DNA of 64,000 nucleotides from an uncultured virus (IMG/VR IMGVR_UViG_3300021961_000061) (IMGVR_UViG_3300021961_000061), one strand, 5' to 3'. Positions 48,066-58,038 are shown, numbered from the stretch's first letter. Notes: a model not told the origin generated them from the sequence alone. Translations and numbers: made by a program.

Positions 48066-51000
48066 TTAAATATTTTCGAAAGATGCACCAGTCGGTGTAA
48101 TCAAGAACTCAATATCGATAAATTCAAGTGCCTTAGTTGGTTTAAGATAGATTTTTCCTGTAAGGGTGTTTCTATCCAAATCTTCAGGTGTTGATGATAC
48201 CGTTACACGGAAATCATACAAACCACGGTCACGACGAATTGCGTCTAATATTGGATTCACTGAATCGAGGAACTGTTGTCTTACGATTTCATCATTTTGT
48301 TCGAACAACAATCTTACTGCGACTGCCGAAATCAACTTCCGAGCTTGTAACAATAGTCTTCTTACATTCAATCTATTGAGTGCCGAGTCTCTTATCTGAA
48401 GAGTTTTGTTACCCCAAATTACTGTACCGACATCAGAGAAGGTAGCAATCGGGTTGATTCTTCCTTGATAGAGGGTATCTCTATCTTCTTGAGTTAATTT
48501 CAATCTTGCTTTTACTGAATTCACCAAACCTCTTGTGTAACCCGCGGATGCGAACCAAGGGAATGAAATGTTATCGGTAAGTGCTAAGTTTCTACAAACT
48601 TGACCTGTTGGTGGAATGTAAATTTGAGTATTGTTCACAGTATCTCTTTCCAAAATCCAAGGATAGTAAGTTGCCGTGTACGAGGAGTCAATTCCTGTTT
48701 GGTCCAAATTATCTACAGCCTCTTGAGGATAAATGATTTCGTATTGAGAACCACCATCATTAGTGTACATGTTGTAGTCTGGTGAAGTTACAATGTAAAC
48801 AGAATCTGCTCTTTCGTTTTCAACCATACCGATTGCCAACTCACAAAGATTAGAGTTATTCACATAATCAATACCTGGAGTTGCAAACACATTTATGTTT
48901 GTAGATTCAGGATTATTGAAAGTTAATTGACCTAAAAGATATGCGTAGTAGTCAGTATTTGCAAAATCTTGTGTATTGTCACCAATCACAATTCTCTTAA
49001 ATGTACCATCTCCTGATGCTGTTGGGTATCTTTGGGTAGGTGTTGAACCTTGTAAGTAACCTGAAGCTCCAAGTGCAAATCTATCTTGGTTAGTTCTAAA
49101 CTCTCTATAGACATCCCATCCGTCAAATCCACCTTGGAAAACCGTAGTGAATTTTCTTGAGTATAAGAAATAATATGGATTATCCTGACTTGTAGGTTCA
49201 TCATTGAAAGATGCAACACCACATTCAAATGCTGGAGTACCACTCGTAATCTGTGCATTAGCAATTGTAATAATTGTTGCACCTGAGTCCATGTGGAAAC
49301 CTCTTGTTTGGTAGTTCCAAGGTTCTGAAGTAGTAGCTAAATTCCAATTTGTGACAGGATTTTTTCTACCCTTATATTGTAGTAAATCGGTATCAATTCC
49401 AAACTGTGATGAAATTCCCAAATAACTTCTTCTGATGATGTCACCAGATGATGAGCTAATGTTACTTCCACCTGCCGTAGTTCCAAATGGTGGGTCATAA
49501 ACTGTTTCACCAGGATAGAAATACTTGTTCTTAATAATTGGGAATGGTGAAGGATTTGAAACACTTTCATAAACTCTTTGTTCTAAACCATAGAAACCAC
49601 AAGGAAGTGCATCTACAGGGTATTCATCAGAAAGTTCAACCATCACATAAGATGAGTTCAATGGGAACTCTCCATCTGAAGAACCAATCTTTTTACCCAC
49701 AAAACTGTTAGACCCAGGGTCCATAGTACAGTTCGTGTATTTTTCGTAAACCACAGGATTCGCGTCCGTGTCAAAGAAATCTCTTACAAGAACATCAAAA
49801 GTCAAATTACTAAATGATATGTTAGCAATTGATATTTTTACTTCTGTGTTAGCTGTATTACCATCACTAATTGAAACAAAACGGAATAAGTTAAACACTT
49901 TATTACCACGAAGTTCCGATACTATAAAAGGAGTCTTAGGAGACTGGTACTGTTCCAACATCCAAGCAATTGATGTGATTGAAGTCTTATCTCTAGCCTC
50001 AGGTAATGCAAGTAGATTACATTGAACCCCTCTGATGTAACCTTTATTGTATGCATAATTCAATAGACCTAAGTACGATTCCTCAACATAGATAGGTACA
50101 TCTTGTCTTGGTTTTGAGAAGTTTGAAATTCCTAATACCTTGGTGATGTAATTTGAAGAAGTTGAATTGAACGAAGCGTCAAATGCAAATGTATCACCTT
50201 CATAAGTTACACCACTTAATTGGAAGTTTGCAAAAGGTGACTGAGAAATTCCCGAATAAGCTCCTCCACACACTAATTGCAAATCTGTCAATCCTGTAAC
50301 TTGATATTGAGGTCCATGGTCATTTGAATCGTAAATAGATATACCTCTTGAACGGATTGTTGCCAAAATCAAATTATTCCAATCTGAGTAAGCAGTTCCT
50401 GAATAAAGGAAAAGTTCTCCAGTCAAAGTACCCGCAAAATATCCTGATGCTCCCGTTACAAAACTTGTTACAGTATTGTACCAAGAATAACCTGTGTAGT
50501 TATTTCCTGAAGTGTTATCGAATGTTGCGTAGTACCAAGGGTCATTTGTACCTGCCGTCAAATCTGCATATGTCAAATTAACATTATCAACCCCGAAGAC
50601 ATTATCAAAAATAGGATAAGTAACATTCAAAGTAGAATAAGTATTATTGTCAATTGAACCGTATACATTTACCGTAGTTGCAGAAACTGATGTGTCAGCA
50701 GAAATACTTGTTACAAAATCAAATAAATCTTGAGCGTAAGTTGATGTTGACCCATCGTATAATGTGTACTGAGTGTTTAAATTGTTTGACAATAAAGCAG
50801 GAAGTGCTGAAGTGAATGAAACTGTACCTCCTGAAGTGTATCCTGTAAATGTTGCAGACACCGATACTGTAGACGCGGTTGTGTTTAACCCAACACTACA
50901 TCCCGCAACATTAGCAATTGCACGAATATTCCAAGAAGGTCCGGCATCATAACCTGACAATCCCAAAATACGAGTTACAAATAATTGATTAGATTGTTGT

Positions 51001-51272
51001 AGGTACGCTTTAGCAATGTAAGACGCTTCATACTTTGGAATCTGTGTGTTGATAAATTTAGTTGGTTGAGTTCCACCAAAAAAAGTTTGGAACTCATTAA
51101 AATTCGTTATGAAAATTGGTTCAAACGCAGGTCCTTTTTGGGTCTCACCAACTAAACCCAAAGTAGTAACCCCTACACTTTGAGCCACGAAAGAGAGGTC
51201 TGTTTCTGAGGTATAGACACCGGGTGAGACAAAAACCTTTTGATTTGCTTGAGATGTTAATTGAAAAAACAT
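48066..51272 (-). CDS. Contractile tail sheath protein (T4 gp18-like)
   Basis: 'SPGVYTSETDLS', 'PWFASAGYTRG', 'LYQGRINPI', 'WGNKTL', 'RLNVRRLL', 'PTKALEFI'. Confidence 0.95.
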   Translation of the reverse strand: MFFQLTSQANQKVFVSPGVYTSETDLSFVAQSVGVTTLGLVGETQKGPAFEPIFITNFNEFQTFFGGTQPTKFINTQIPKYEASYIAKAYLQQSNQLFVTRILGLSGYDAGPSWNIRAIANVAGCSVGLNTTASTVSVSATFTGYTSGGTVSFTSALPALLSNNLNTQYTLYDGSTSTYAQDLFDFVTSISADTSVSATTVNVYGSIDNNTYSTLNVTYPIFDNVFGVDNVNLTYADLTAGTNDPWYYATFDNTSGNNYTGYSWYNTVTSFVTGASGYFAGTLTGELFLYSGTAYSDWNNLILATIRSRGISIYDSNDHGPQYQVTGLTDLQLVCGGAYSGISQSPFANFQLSGVTYEGDTFAFDASFNSTSSNYITKVLGISNFSKPRQDVPIYVEESYLGLLNYAYNKGYIRGVQCNLLALPEARDKTSITSIAWMLEQYQSPKTPFIVSELRGNKVFNLFRFVSISDGNTANTEVKISIANISFSNLTFDVLVRDFFDTDANPVVYEKYTNCTMDPGSNSFVGKKIGSSDGEFPLNSSYVMVELSDEYPVDALPCGFYGLEQRVYESVSNPSPFPIIKNKYFYPGETVYDPPFGTTAGGSNISSSSGDIIRRSYLGISSQFGIDTDLLQYKGRKNPVTNWNLATTSEPWNYQTRGFHMDSGATIITIANAQITSGTPAFECGVASFNDEPTSQDNPYYFLYSRKFTTVFQGGFDGWDVYREFRTNQDRFALGASGYLQGSTPTQRYPTASGDGTFKRIVIGDNTQDFANTDYYAYLLGQLTFNNPESTNINVFATPGIDYVNNSNLCELAIGMVENERADSVYIVTSPDYNMYTNDGGSQYEIIYPQEAVDNLDQTGIDSSYTATYYPWILERDTVNNTQIYIPPTGQVCRNLALTDNISFPWFASAGYTRGLVNSVKARLKLTQEDRDTLYQGRINPIATFSDVGTVIWGNKTLQIRDSALNRLNVRRLLLQARKLISAVAVRLLFEQNDEIVRQQFLDSVNPILDAIRRDRGLYDFRVTVSSTPEDLDRNTLTGKIYLKPTKALEFIDIEFLITPTGASFENI

Positions 51273-51306
51273 TTTTTAATTTTTCTTATTCGGTTTTATT
51301 TTATTA

Positions 51307-51314
51307 GATAAATA
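51307..51314 (-). promoter_or_regulatory. Putative late-gene motif TATTTATC
   Basis: 34 nt upstream of the sheath ATG. Confidence 0.55.
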
Positions 51315-51393
51315 TTTGATTTAAACACAAAAAACTTTACTTTTCAATACCTATTATTAAAGAGTAAGATTTTTTTCTACCTTTTTTCTGCCC

Positions 51394-51555
51394 ATGTCTA
51401 AACAACTTAAACAAATAAAGAACTTAAAAATATCTCAGTCCACTCATGAGGTGTTGAAGTCTCATTGTGAAAAAAATGGGTTGAAAATGTATAGATTCTT
51501 GGAAAAACTAATTTTAGATAATTGCCAAGATAAAAAAGACATATACGGGGAGTAA
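51394..51555 (+). CDS. Small ribbon-helix-helix-like DNA-binding protein (53 aa, below the ORF-track cutoff)
   Basis: MSKQLKQIKNLKISQSTHEVLKSHCEKNGLKMYRFLEKLILDNCQDKKDIYGE*: beta(KNLKI)-helix-G-helix pattern; fills the intergenic gap exactly. Confidence 0.7.
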   Translation: MSKQLKQIKNLKISQSTHEVLKSHCEKNGLKMYRFLEKLILDNCQDKKDIYGE

Positions 51556-52620
51556 TCAGACTAACTTAGCCCCAAACTCTATATTCGCCTCTTGATTTGG
51601 TGTTGTTTTAACAACATCTACCCTGAGAATGTCACCGGTATTCAATTGAATGTTTTGTAAATCCTCTCCGTAATAATCCCCATTAATAAACACAAAAAAA
51701 GTTGTAACATTTTTTGTGTTAACCAAACTCAGATTGATTCTGTAGTCAACTTCGTTATCAATTAGTGATGTGTTAGTTTCGGTGTAGTACAGATTGTAAG
51801 TAAACGCGTCAGGGTTCGAGGGTATAGTTTGTGCCCTTCTCCCAACAGGAACTTGGGTGTCTACCTCAAACATTTGGATAACACGAGAGATTGCTGGTTT
51901 TACTTCAAATTCTTCCTCATCAATAAGGTATCCCAACATTGTGAAGTCGTAACTTTGGATGTAATAATTTCTCCTATCGATATCAATCACAGATTCATCT
52001 GTAATGTTATTCATTATTATGGGAACATATTGTCCTTTAATAAAGGTATAGGCTTGTCGAGAAGAAAAAGTTTGTAATACATTTTTGTTAAATGTATTTA
52101 ATTCTCTCATTCTATTACAAATAATTTTGATACTATAATTGATATCTACAGGGACTGGCTGAGGAATAGTGTAAACATCATATCCTTTTTGGTTACCATT
52201 CCAAGTGGGTACTGTGGCATAATAGAATTGTTTTCTAACAGGAATTGTGTACTGAGTAGATGGGTTAGTTCCATATTTTACTTCAGGCTGACGAACTACA
52301 GTTATAAATGGTAGGGAAACATTAAAATCCTGGTCTTTAAAATTCCAAGTTTCTGTAAATTGAGACCATCTTTGATTCGTAATAATTTTGTCGATTACAT
52401 TAATATCCTTACCTGATACAGTCGTCTTTAACTCGTCTTTTACAAATTCCAACATCCCCCCATCCAAATCAGCATGTAAAACACTCTGAGGAAGATAGGT
52501 TCCGTCCTCATTGATATACTGAAGAAGTTCATGTCTTCTTGCAGACAATGTTTTGGGTGGAACCAAATCAATGTCCATCTTTATTTGTTTTTTGAAGATA
52601 GGGTTTTTAGGTAGTGCCAT
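51556..52620 (-). CDS. Tail terminator / sheath stabiliser (T4 gp15-like) with C-terminal extension
   Basis: 'LPFITVVR', 'PQPVPVDINYSIKII...ELNTFNKNVLQTF'; immediately upstream of the sheath gene. Confidence 0.55.
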   Translation of the reverse strand: MALPKNPIFKKQIKMDIDLVPPKTLSARRHELLQYINEDGTYLPQSVLHADLDGGMLEFVKDELKTTVSGKDINVIDKIITNQRWSQFTETWNFKDQDFNVSLPFITVVRQPEVKYGTNPSTQYTIPVRKQFYYATVPTWNGNQKGYDVYTIPQPVPVDINYSIKIICNRMRELNTFNKNVLQTFSSRQAYTFIKGQYVPIIMNNITDESVIDIDRRNYYIQSYDFTMLGYLIDEEEFEVKPAISRVIQMFEVDTQVPVGRRAQTIPSNPDAFTYNLYYTETNTSLIDNEVDYRINLSLVNTKNVTTFFVFINGDYYGEDLQNIQLNTGDILRVDVVKTTPNQEANIEFGAKLV

Positions 52621-53135
52621 TATGTTCCAAAGAATTCATTTTGACTAGCAGGGGTTGCAATAACAGTTCTGTAGAAAGGTTTGTAACCACCATAAGTATG
52701 TTTATTGTCTGAAACGACACGACCGTCGTCGGCAACTGAGTAGTATCTCACCTTACTTTCAGTTTCATAATATCCAATGTAATCTCCGTATTGAATATCA
52801 ACATTCAATTCATCCAAGTAAGATTGGTAGACTGAGAATCTTAGGTTACCAGGCTCATTCTGTTCAACACGGGATGAACCAAGTCTTTGAGCGTTGGGGG
52901 CTAATATTTGTACATAACCTTTAAGTTCAACAGGTGCTAAGAATTGAATTCCACCTTCAGGAGATTCTCCATATACATCATCAATACGAGTTCTGTATCT
53001 GTCAATTCTGTATAGAACTACAGTAAAGTTCATATCCCCCTCGAGCCATTCTTGACCCATGGAAGTATCCAAGTTGAAATCTTCACCACCGAAGAATTTC
53101 CCTAATCTTGTAATTGGAACTAATTTCTCTGCCAT
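52620..53135 (-). CDS. Neck / head-closure protein (gp14-like)
   Basis: 'VVLYRID...DDVYGE', 'DIQYGDYI'; start MAEKL at 53135 with TATTTATC upstream; TAATG-coupled to the gp15-like gene. Confidence 0.55.
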   Translation of the reverse strand: MAEKLVPITRLGKFFGGEDFNLDTSMGQEWLEGDMNFTVVLYRIDRYRTRIDDVYGESPEGGIQFLAPVELKGYVQILAPNAQRLGSSRVEQNEPGNLRFSVYQSYLDELNVDIQYGDYIGYYETESKVRYYSVADDGRVVSDNKHTYGGYKPFYRTVIATPASQNEFFGT

Positions 53136-53145
53136 AACCGATATA

Positions 53146-53174
53146 TTGATAAATACCTTAATTTGTCTTATATT
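53146..53174 (+). promoter_or_regulatory. Host-sigma-type promoter for SET-SNF2 overlapping a divergent late motif
   Basis: TTGATA-17nt-TATATT on +; TATTTATC on - at 53148-53155. Confidence 0.6.
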
Positions 53175-53187
53175 TTTAATAAAAAAG

Positions 53188-53583
53188 ATGGAACTAAATA
53201 TGCCAACTAAGATTGCGGTCAAGTCAAGTGACATTCATGGCTTGGGTGTGTTCGCAACAAAAAGAATCAAAAAGGGTGAACTCATAGAAGAAAGCCCCAT
53301 TTTACCATTACCAATTCTGCCAGGTGAAAGAAGTGTACTTCTTATGAATCACCGTTTCGCGTGGCCAAAAGGGATGGGATGGAGAGAACATGTCATTGCC
53401 TTGGGTTATGCATGTTACTACAATCATTCTGACAATCCAAATGCAGAATGGAACAGCGATGAAGAATCTGTGACTTTCAAGTTCACAGCTCTTCGGGACA
53501 TTAAACCTGGCGAAGAAATCTTTGTTTTCTATGGTGATTCAAACTATTGGGAAGACGGTCGTCAGGATGTGGAAATCAAATAA
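53188..53583 (+). CDS. SET-domain protein-lysine methyltransferase
   Basis: 'HGLGVFATKRIKKGELIE', 'YNHSDNPNA', 'ALRDIKPGEEIFVFYG' (start 53188 or 53200). Confidence 0.9.
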   Translation: MELNMPTKIAVKSSDIHGLGVFATKRIKKGELIEESPILPLPILPGERSVLLMNHRFAWPKGMGWREHVIALGYACYYNHSDNPNAEWNSDEESVTFKFTALRDIKPGEEIFVFYGDSNYWEDGRQDVEIK

Positions 53584-55337
53584 TGACACCAGCACCTACA
53601 ATAGAATCTAAAGCAATCTCCATTTTGGAGAACTATGAGGGTGCTAACAATTATATCTTGGGGTTGAAGGTTAAACTTAACAAGAACCCCAAGTTTTTTC
53701 CTACGCGTAGTCAATCCGAATACATCATTAACAATCACGAAAAAACACCACTTGTTGCAAAAAAATGGGTGGTGTTGGATTCGTATTTTGCAAACAAAAT
53801 TGCAAATGAAAGATTTTTGTTGACGATTCCCGAGAAGATGTGGATTGAAAAACTTTTGGCGGAAAAAGACAAAGCCTATCATGTTTGGGGTAAGTTTTTT
53901 GAGACTGACCAACTCACAGACATGTGGGTTCCCAAAGCGGCGGTTATCAAAGACAACAAAATTGAAATTGGTGAAATAGATTATACCAAGTATTCACATC
54001 GTCCCCCCCTTGAGCACCAAAAGATTGCAATCGAAGAGTTGTTAAAAAACAAAAAGTATATCTTGGCGGACGATATGGGTTTGGGTAAAACCACCTCAAC
54101 AATCATTGCGTCTTTAGAAACAGGAGCGAAAAAGATTCTTATCATTTGTCCTGCATCCCTCAAAATAAACTGGCAAAGAGAATACCAACTCTACAGTGAA
54201 AAAACCAGTTATGTCTGCGAAGGGAAGAATTATTCAGAAGACGCTGAGATTGTGATAATGAACTATGACATTATCAAAAACTTCCACGATTCAAAAGAAA
54301 AGAAAAACTCGATTATTCTCAATTCCAAGTTTGACTTGGTTATTATTGATGAGGCACACTACATTCAAAATGTTCAAGCTCAAAGAACCAAACTAATCAA
54401 CGACTTGGTTAAAGACATTGATAGGTTGTGGTTACTCACAGGTACTCCGATGACTTCTCGACCCATTAACTACTTTAATCTTTTGTCATTGGTAGATTCT
54501 CCTGTGGCAAAAAATTGGATGGCTTATGTGGTTAGGTATTGTGCAGGATATCAGTTCAAAGTGGGACCAAGAAAAGTTTGGAATGTGATGGGGGCATCCA
54601 ATTTGGAAGAACTTCGAGACCGAACATCATCAACAGTTTTGAGAAGATTGAAAGAGGATGTGTTGGATTTACCTGACAAGATTATCACACCGGTTTATTT
54701 GAGACTTCGTTCCAAGTTATACGAGGAAGTGATGGGAGATTACTATAATTGGTACGACAAAAACCCTGACGAAAGTAAAAACTTGTCCATTCAATTTTCC
54801 AAACTTACACAGGTTCGTCAAGTCATTGCGGATGAAAAAACACTTCACACGATTGAACTTGCGGAAAATATTGTCGAACAAGGAAAGAAGGTAATTATTT
54901 TCTGCAACTTCACCAAATCTTTGGAAACCATCTGTTCTCACTTTGGTAAATCTGCGGTTCGTTTGGATGGTTCAATGAGTAAAATTCAAAGACAAGATGC
55001 TGTGGACAGATTTCAAGATGATGAAAAAGTGAAAGTATTTGTTGGGAACATCAAAGCTGCTGGGGTTGGTATTACCCTAACAGCAGCAGAAGCAGTCATC
55101 ATGAATGACCTTTCGTTTCTCCCTTCCGACCACAGTCAGTCTGAAGATAGAGCATATAGATACGGTCAAAAAAACAATGTATTAGTTTATTACCCGATAT
55201 TTGAAAATACAATCGAAGGTATCATTTACGATATATTAAACAATAAAAAAAGAATAATAGCCACGGTTATGGGTGACACCCCTGATGAGACAAATGTTGT
55301 CGAAGAAATTTTAAAGAGTATCAATCAGAGGAGATAA
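53583..55337 (+). CDS. SNF2-family helicase/ATPase (SMARCAL1/HARP-like)
   Basis: 'LADDMGLGKT', 'ICPASLKINW', 'DEAH', 'LTGTP', 'GVGITL', 'QSEDRAYRYGQ'; ATG overlaps the SET stop (TAATG). Confidence 0.9.
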   Translation: MTPAPTIESKAISILENYEGANNYILGLKVKLNKNPKFFPTRSQSEYIINNHEKTPLVAKKWVVLDSYFANKIANERFLLTIPEKMWIEKLLAEKDKAYHVWGKFFETDQLTDMWVPKAAVIKDNKIEIGEIDYTKYSHRPPLEHQKIAIEELLKNKKYILADDMGLGKTTSTIIASLETGAKKILIICPASLKINWQREYQLYSEKTSYVCEGKNYSEDAEIVIMNYDIIKNFHDSKEKKNSIILNSKFDLVIIDEAHYIQNVQAQRTKLINDLVKDIDRLWLLTGTPMTSRPINYFNLLSLVDSPVAKNWMAYVVRYCAGYQFKVGPRKVWNVMGASNLEELRDRTSSTVLRRLKEDVLDLPDKIITPVYLRLRSKLYEEVMGDYYNWYDKNPDESKNLSIQFSKLTQVRQVIADEKTLHTIELAENIVEQGKKVIIFCNFTKSLETICSHFGKSAVRLDGSMSKIQRQDAVDRFQDDEKVKVFVGNIKAAGVGITLTAAEAVIMNDLSFLPSDHSQSEDRAYRYGQKNNVLVYYPIFENTIEGIIYDILNNKKRIIATVMGDTPDETNVVEEILKSINQRR

Positions 55338-55352
55338 TCGCTTGGTTTCTAT

Positions 55353-55360
55353 TATTTATA
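55353..55360 (+). promoter_or_regulatory. Putative late-gene motif TATTTATA
   Basis: 14 nt upstream of the ATG at 55375. Confidence 0.55.
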
Positions 55361-55374
55361 GAAAAATAAAAACC

Positions 55375-56901
55375 ATGCAACATATACAAGAACAAGTAGA
55401 CAAAATAGAAAAACAAATTCTTCACGAAGAAAAAAGAGAAGTAGCCAAAAATTTATTAAAAGAAGGAAAAAAGATAGGGATTGAAAAATTACCCTATAGT
55501 TACTCTGCCGTGAAGAGATTCATTGATTCTGAAACAATGGATGTCCACTACAACAAACATTACAAAGGTTATGTGGATAAACTCAACAACCTTCTGTCAA
55601 AAAGAAAAGGAGACCAAGACCTCGAGAAAATCATAAGAAATATTTCCAAGTATCCCAAAGCGGTTAGAGACAACGCAGGTGGTGCTTTCAACCACGCACT
55701 TTTTTGGAACATGCTTTCCCCCAAAAAACAAAGGGTGGGTAAAGAACTTGGTAACAAAATCAGAAAAGATTTTGGTAACTATACCAACTTCGTCAAGAAG
55801 TTTGAAGAAATGGCCAGACAAAGATTTGGGTCAGGATGGGTATGGTTGGTCCTCACTAACAGGGGGGATTTGAAAATAATGTCAACTCCTAACCAAGATA
55901 ATCCGCTTATGAATGTAATAGAAGGCGGCGGATATCCACTTTTAGGATTAGATTTGTGGGAACATGCGTATTACCTCAAATACAGAAACAAAAGAGACGA
56001 GTATATCAAAAACTTTTGGACCGTCGTAAATTGGGACTTTGTTGAAGGATTATACAAAATGAAGACTGAAACAAAATTGTTAGAATCTAAGAAAATTGGT
56101 GAGATACTTATGGAATCAAAATCAGAACCATGTTCTCGAAATGAAATAGAAGTTTACAGAACTTTGTTCAATGAGAACACCAAGGCAAAACAAATGTATA
56201 AGAACACAATCAACGATATTTTGAAATTGGTGTTCAAAGACAAGTACCACACTAAAAATGAAAACGGAAGATTACCTGCAGTATACGATTTGGAAAAACC
56301 AGGTCACAGTGTAATCAATTACTTGAATACAAATTATTCAGCGTTTTGTATAATGGTGAGAGACCTTAACCGAGTAGTTGAAAAAAGTTTAAAAGAAAGT
56401 CCGATAGACTTCAAAAACAAAACTCCTGAGGAACAAGTAAATGAAATGAGACGAACTTGTAATTACATCGAAATGTTCAGAGATAGAATTTTTGATGTGA
56501 ACAGTCAGACCTTCAACTCTTTAATGAATACCCTTAAAGACAAAAACACCATCGGTAGTCGTAGAGAAAAAACCGCGGCATTAAAACTTAAGGAACATTT
56601 TCCTAAAGCAAAAATTGTAGAAACCGCTGGTGGTGGTAGAACAATTGACGCGGTGAAAAAAATTGACCTCCAATTTATTATGGATGGAAAAACTACCACG
56701 GCACAGATTAAGGGTTTTGATGAAATCAAACTTTCCGAAAACAAACTCGAGATTACCAAAACAGGTGAAGTGGCAAAGTATAATGTCGATTGGATGATTT
56801 TCGTAAAAGGTCAGAAGGTTGTAGTTTTTGAAAATAAGGGTGAAATTGTTTCAGGTAATTATGTTTTTGACAAAAAACACCTCCTATACGATTTGAGATA
56901 A
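55375..56901 (+). CDS. sod: Fe/Mn superoxide dismutase (Mn-type signatures) fused to a C-terminal putative PD-(D/E)XK nuclease-like domain
   Basis: 'LPYSY', 'HYNKHYKGY', 'AGGAFNH', 'FGSGWVWL', 'NQDNP', 'DLWEHAYYLKYRN'; followed by ~280 extra aa with 'GSRREK...IDAVKKIDL...TAQIKG'. Confidence 0.85.
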   Translation: MQHIQEQVDKIEKQILHEEKREVAKNLLKEGKKIGIEKLPYSYSAVKRFIDSETMDVHYNKHYKGYVDKLNNLLSKRKGDQDLEKIIRNISKYPKAVRDNAGGAFNHALFWNMLSPKKQRVGKELGNKIRKDFGNYTNFVKKFEEMARQRFGSGWVWLVLTNRGDLKIMSTPNQDNPLMNVIEGGGYPLLGLDLWEHAYYLKYRNKRDEYIKNFWTVVNWDFVEGLYKMKTETKLLESKKIGEILMESKSEPCSRNEIEVYRTLFNENTKAKQMYKNTINDILKLVFKDKYHTKNENGRLPAVYDLEKPGHSVINYLNTNYSAFCIMVRDLNRVVEKSLKESPIDFKNKTPEEQVNEMRRTCNYIEMFRDRIFDVNSQTFNSLMNTLKDKNTIGSRREKTAALKLKEHFPKAKIVETAGGGRTIDAVKKIDLQFIMDGKTTTAQIKGFDEIKLSENKLEITKTGEVAKYNVDWMIFVKGQKVVVFENKGEIVSGNYVFDKKHLLYDLR

Positions 56902-56907
56902 TCGAGG

Positions 56908-56915
56908 TATTTATA
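56908..56915 (+). promoter_or_regulatory. Putative late-gene motif TATTTATA
   Basis: 3 nt upstream of the neck gene ATG. Confidence 0.55.
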
Positions 56916-56918
56916 GGT

Positions 56919-58037
56919 ATGGCTGTATTACCTGAACCCGAAAGAACTAGAATTTATACAAGACTTCGTCATCAGCTCGGTGCACCTCTTAGGGCCGTCG
57001 AATTAGAAGACGAAATGTTGGATTCATTGATGGAATTGTCCATCCAAGATTACGAACAATATACTTTAGATTGGTTGATTGAATCCAATTGGGTAAACTT
57101 GGTCAATCTAAATATGAATGAGAAATCTGTTGCTCGTGCTTTAGTCACGAGAACGATGAATTTGGAAGACCAATTCACTTATGCATACTCAAAAATCGTA
57201 GGTCTTCAAACAACAGGACCATATGTAATCAAGAAAGATTATTTTGTTTTAAGTGCCAACACTCAATCATACGAAATCCCCGCTGGTAGAGAAATCAACG
57301 AATTGTTGTGGTTTTCGAATCAACCTTTCCAAAACTTGGCTCTTTGGGGAACTACCGATTACGGATTTGGTGGTTTAGGTTTAGGGGGTAACCAAGCTGG
57401 ATATGCTCAAATTGGAACCGCAGGTTCTTACTTTATGTTGAGTGGTTTCGACTATCTTTTGAGATTCCAAGAGGCAAATATACTTAATAGAATTTTAGGT
57501 GGTGCTTTGACTTACAAAATTACTGGTTTACCTGATGGAAAAAGATTGGTGACACTCTATAACGCACCGGGGTCAAACTTTTCTTGGAGTAACTACTCTG
57601 AGTATACGGGTAAAGCTGTTTGGTATTGGTACTATGATGTTGATGGTGATAGCCGTGCACAATGTATTAAAGACAACCCTGATATTATCAAATTACCTTC
57701 AGATGTACCTGTTGAGGAATTAAGTTGGGAAGACATGAATGTTCCTGCACAACAATGGGTTAGAAGATGGTTTACAGCATATGCTAAAGAAACTTTGGCG
57801 AGAGTCAGAGGAAAATTCTCAGGTAACCTCAAGACTCCCGATTCGGAAGTACAAATGGACTATCAATCTCTATCAACAGAAGGTAAAGATGAAAAGGCGA
57901 AGTTGGAAGAAGAATTGAAACTTAGATTAGAGAGGTTAAGACCTGAAAAACAAATGGAAAAGGAAGCTTCTTTAGCAGAAAACCTGAACAAACAAATGAA
58001 ATACAGGGCATTCCCGAGACAAATCTATGTAGTTTAA
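56919..58037 (+). CDS. Neck protein (T4 gp13-like head-tail adaptor)
   Basis: 'RLRHQLGAPLRAVELEDEML', 'WVRRWFTAYAKETLARVRGKF', 'EGKDEKAKLEEEL'. Confidence 0.8.
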   Translation: MAVLPEPERTRIYTRLRHQLGAPLRAVELEDEMLDSLMELSIQDYEQYTLDWLIESNWVNLVNLNMNEKSVARALVTRTMNLEDQFTYAYSKIVGLQTTGPYVIKKDYFVLSANTQSYEIPAGREINELLWFSNQPFQNLALWGTTDYGFGGLGLGGNQAGYAQIGTAGSYFMLSGFDYLLRFQEANILNRILGGALTYKITGLPDGKRLVTLYNAPGSNFSWSNYSEYTGKAVWYWYYDVDGDSRAQCIKDNPDIIKLPSDVPVEELSWEDMNVPAQQWVRRWFTAYAKETLARVRGKFSGNLKTPDSEVQMDYQSLSTEGKDEKAKLEEELKLRLERLRPEKQMEKEASLAENLNKQMKYRAFPRQIYVV

Positions 58038-58038
58038 T

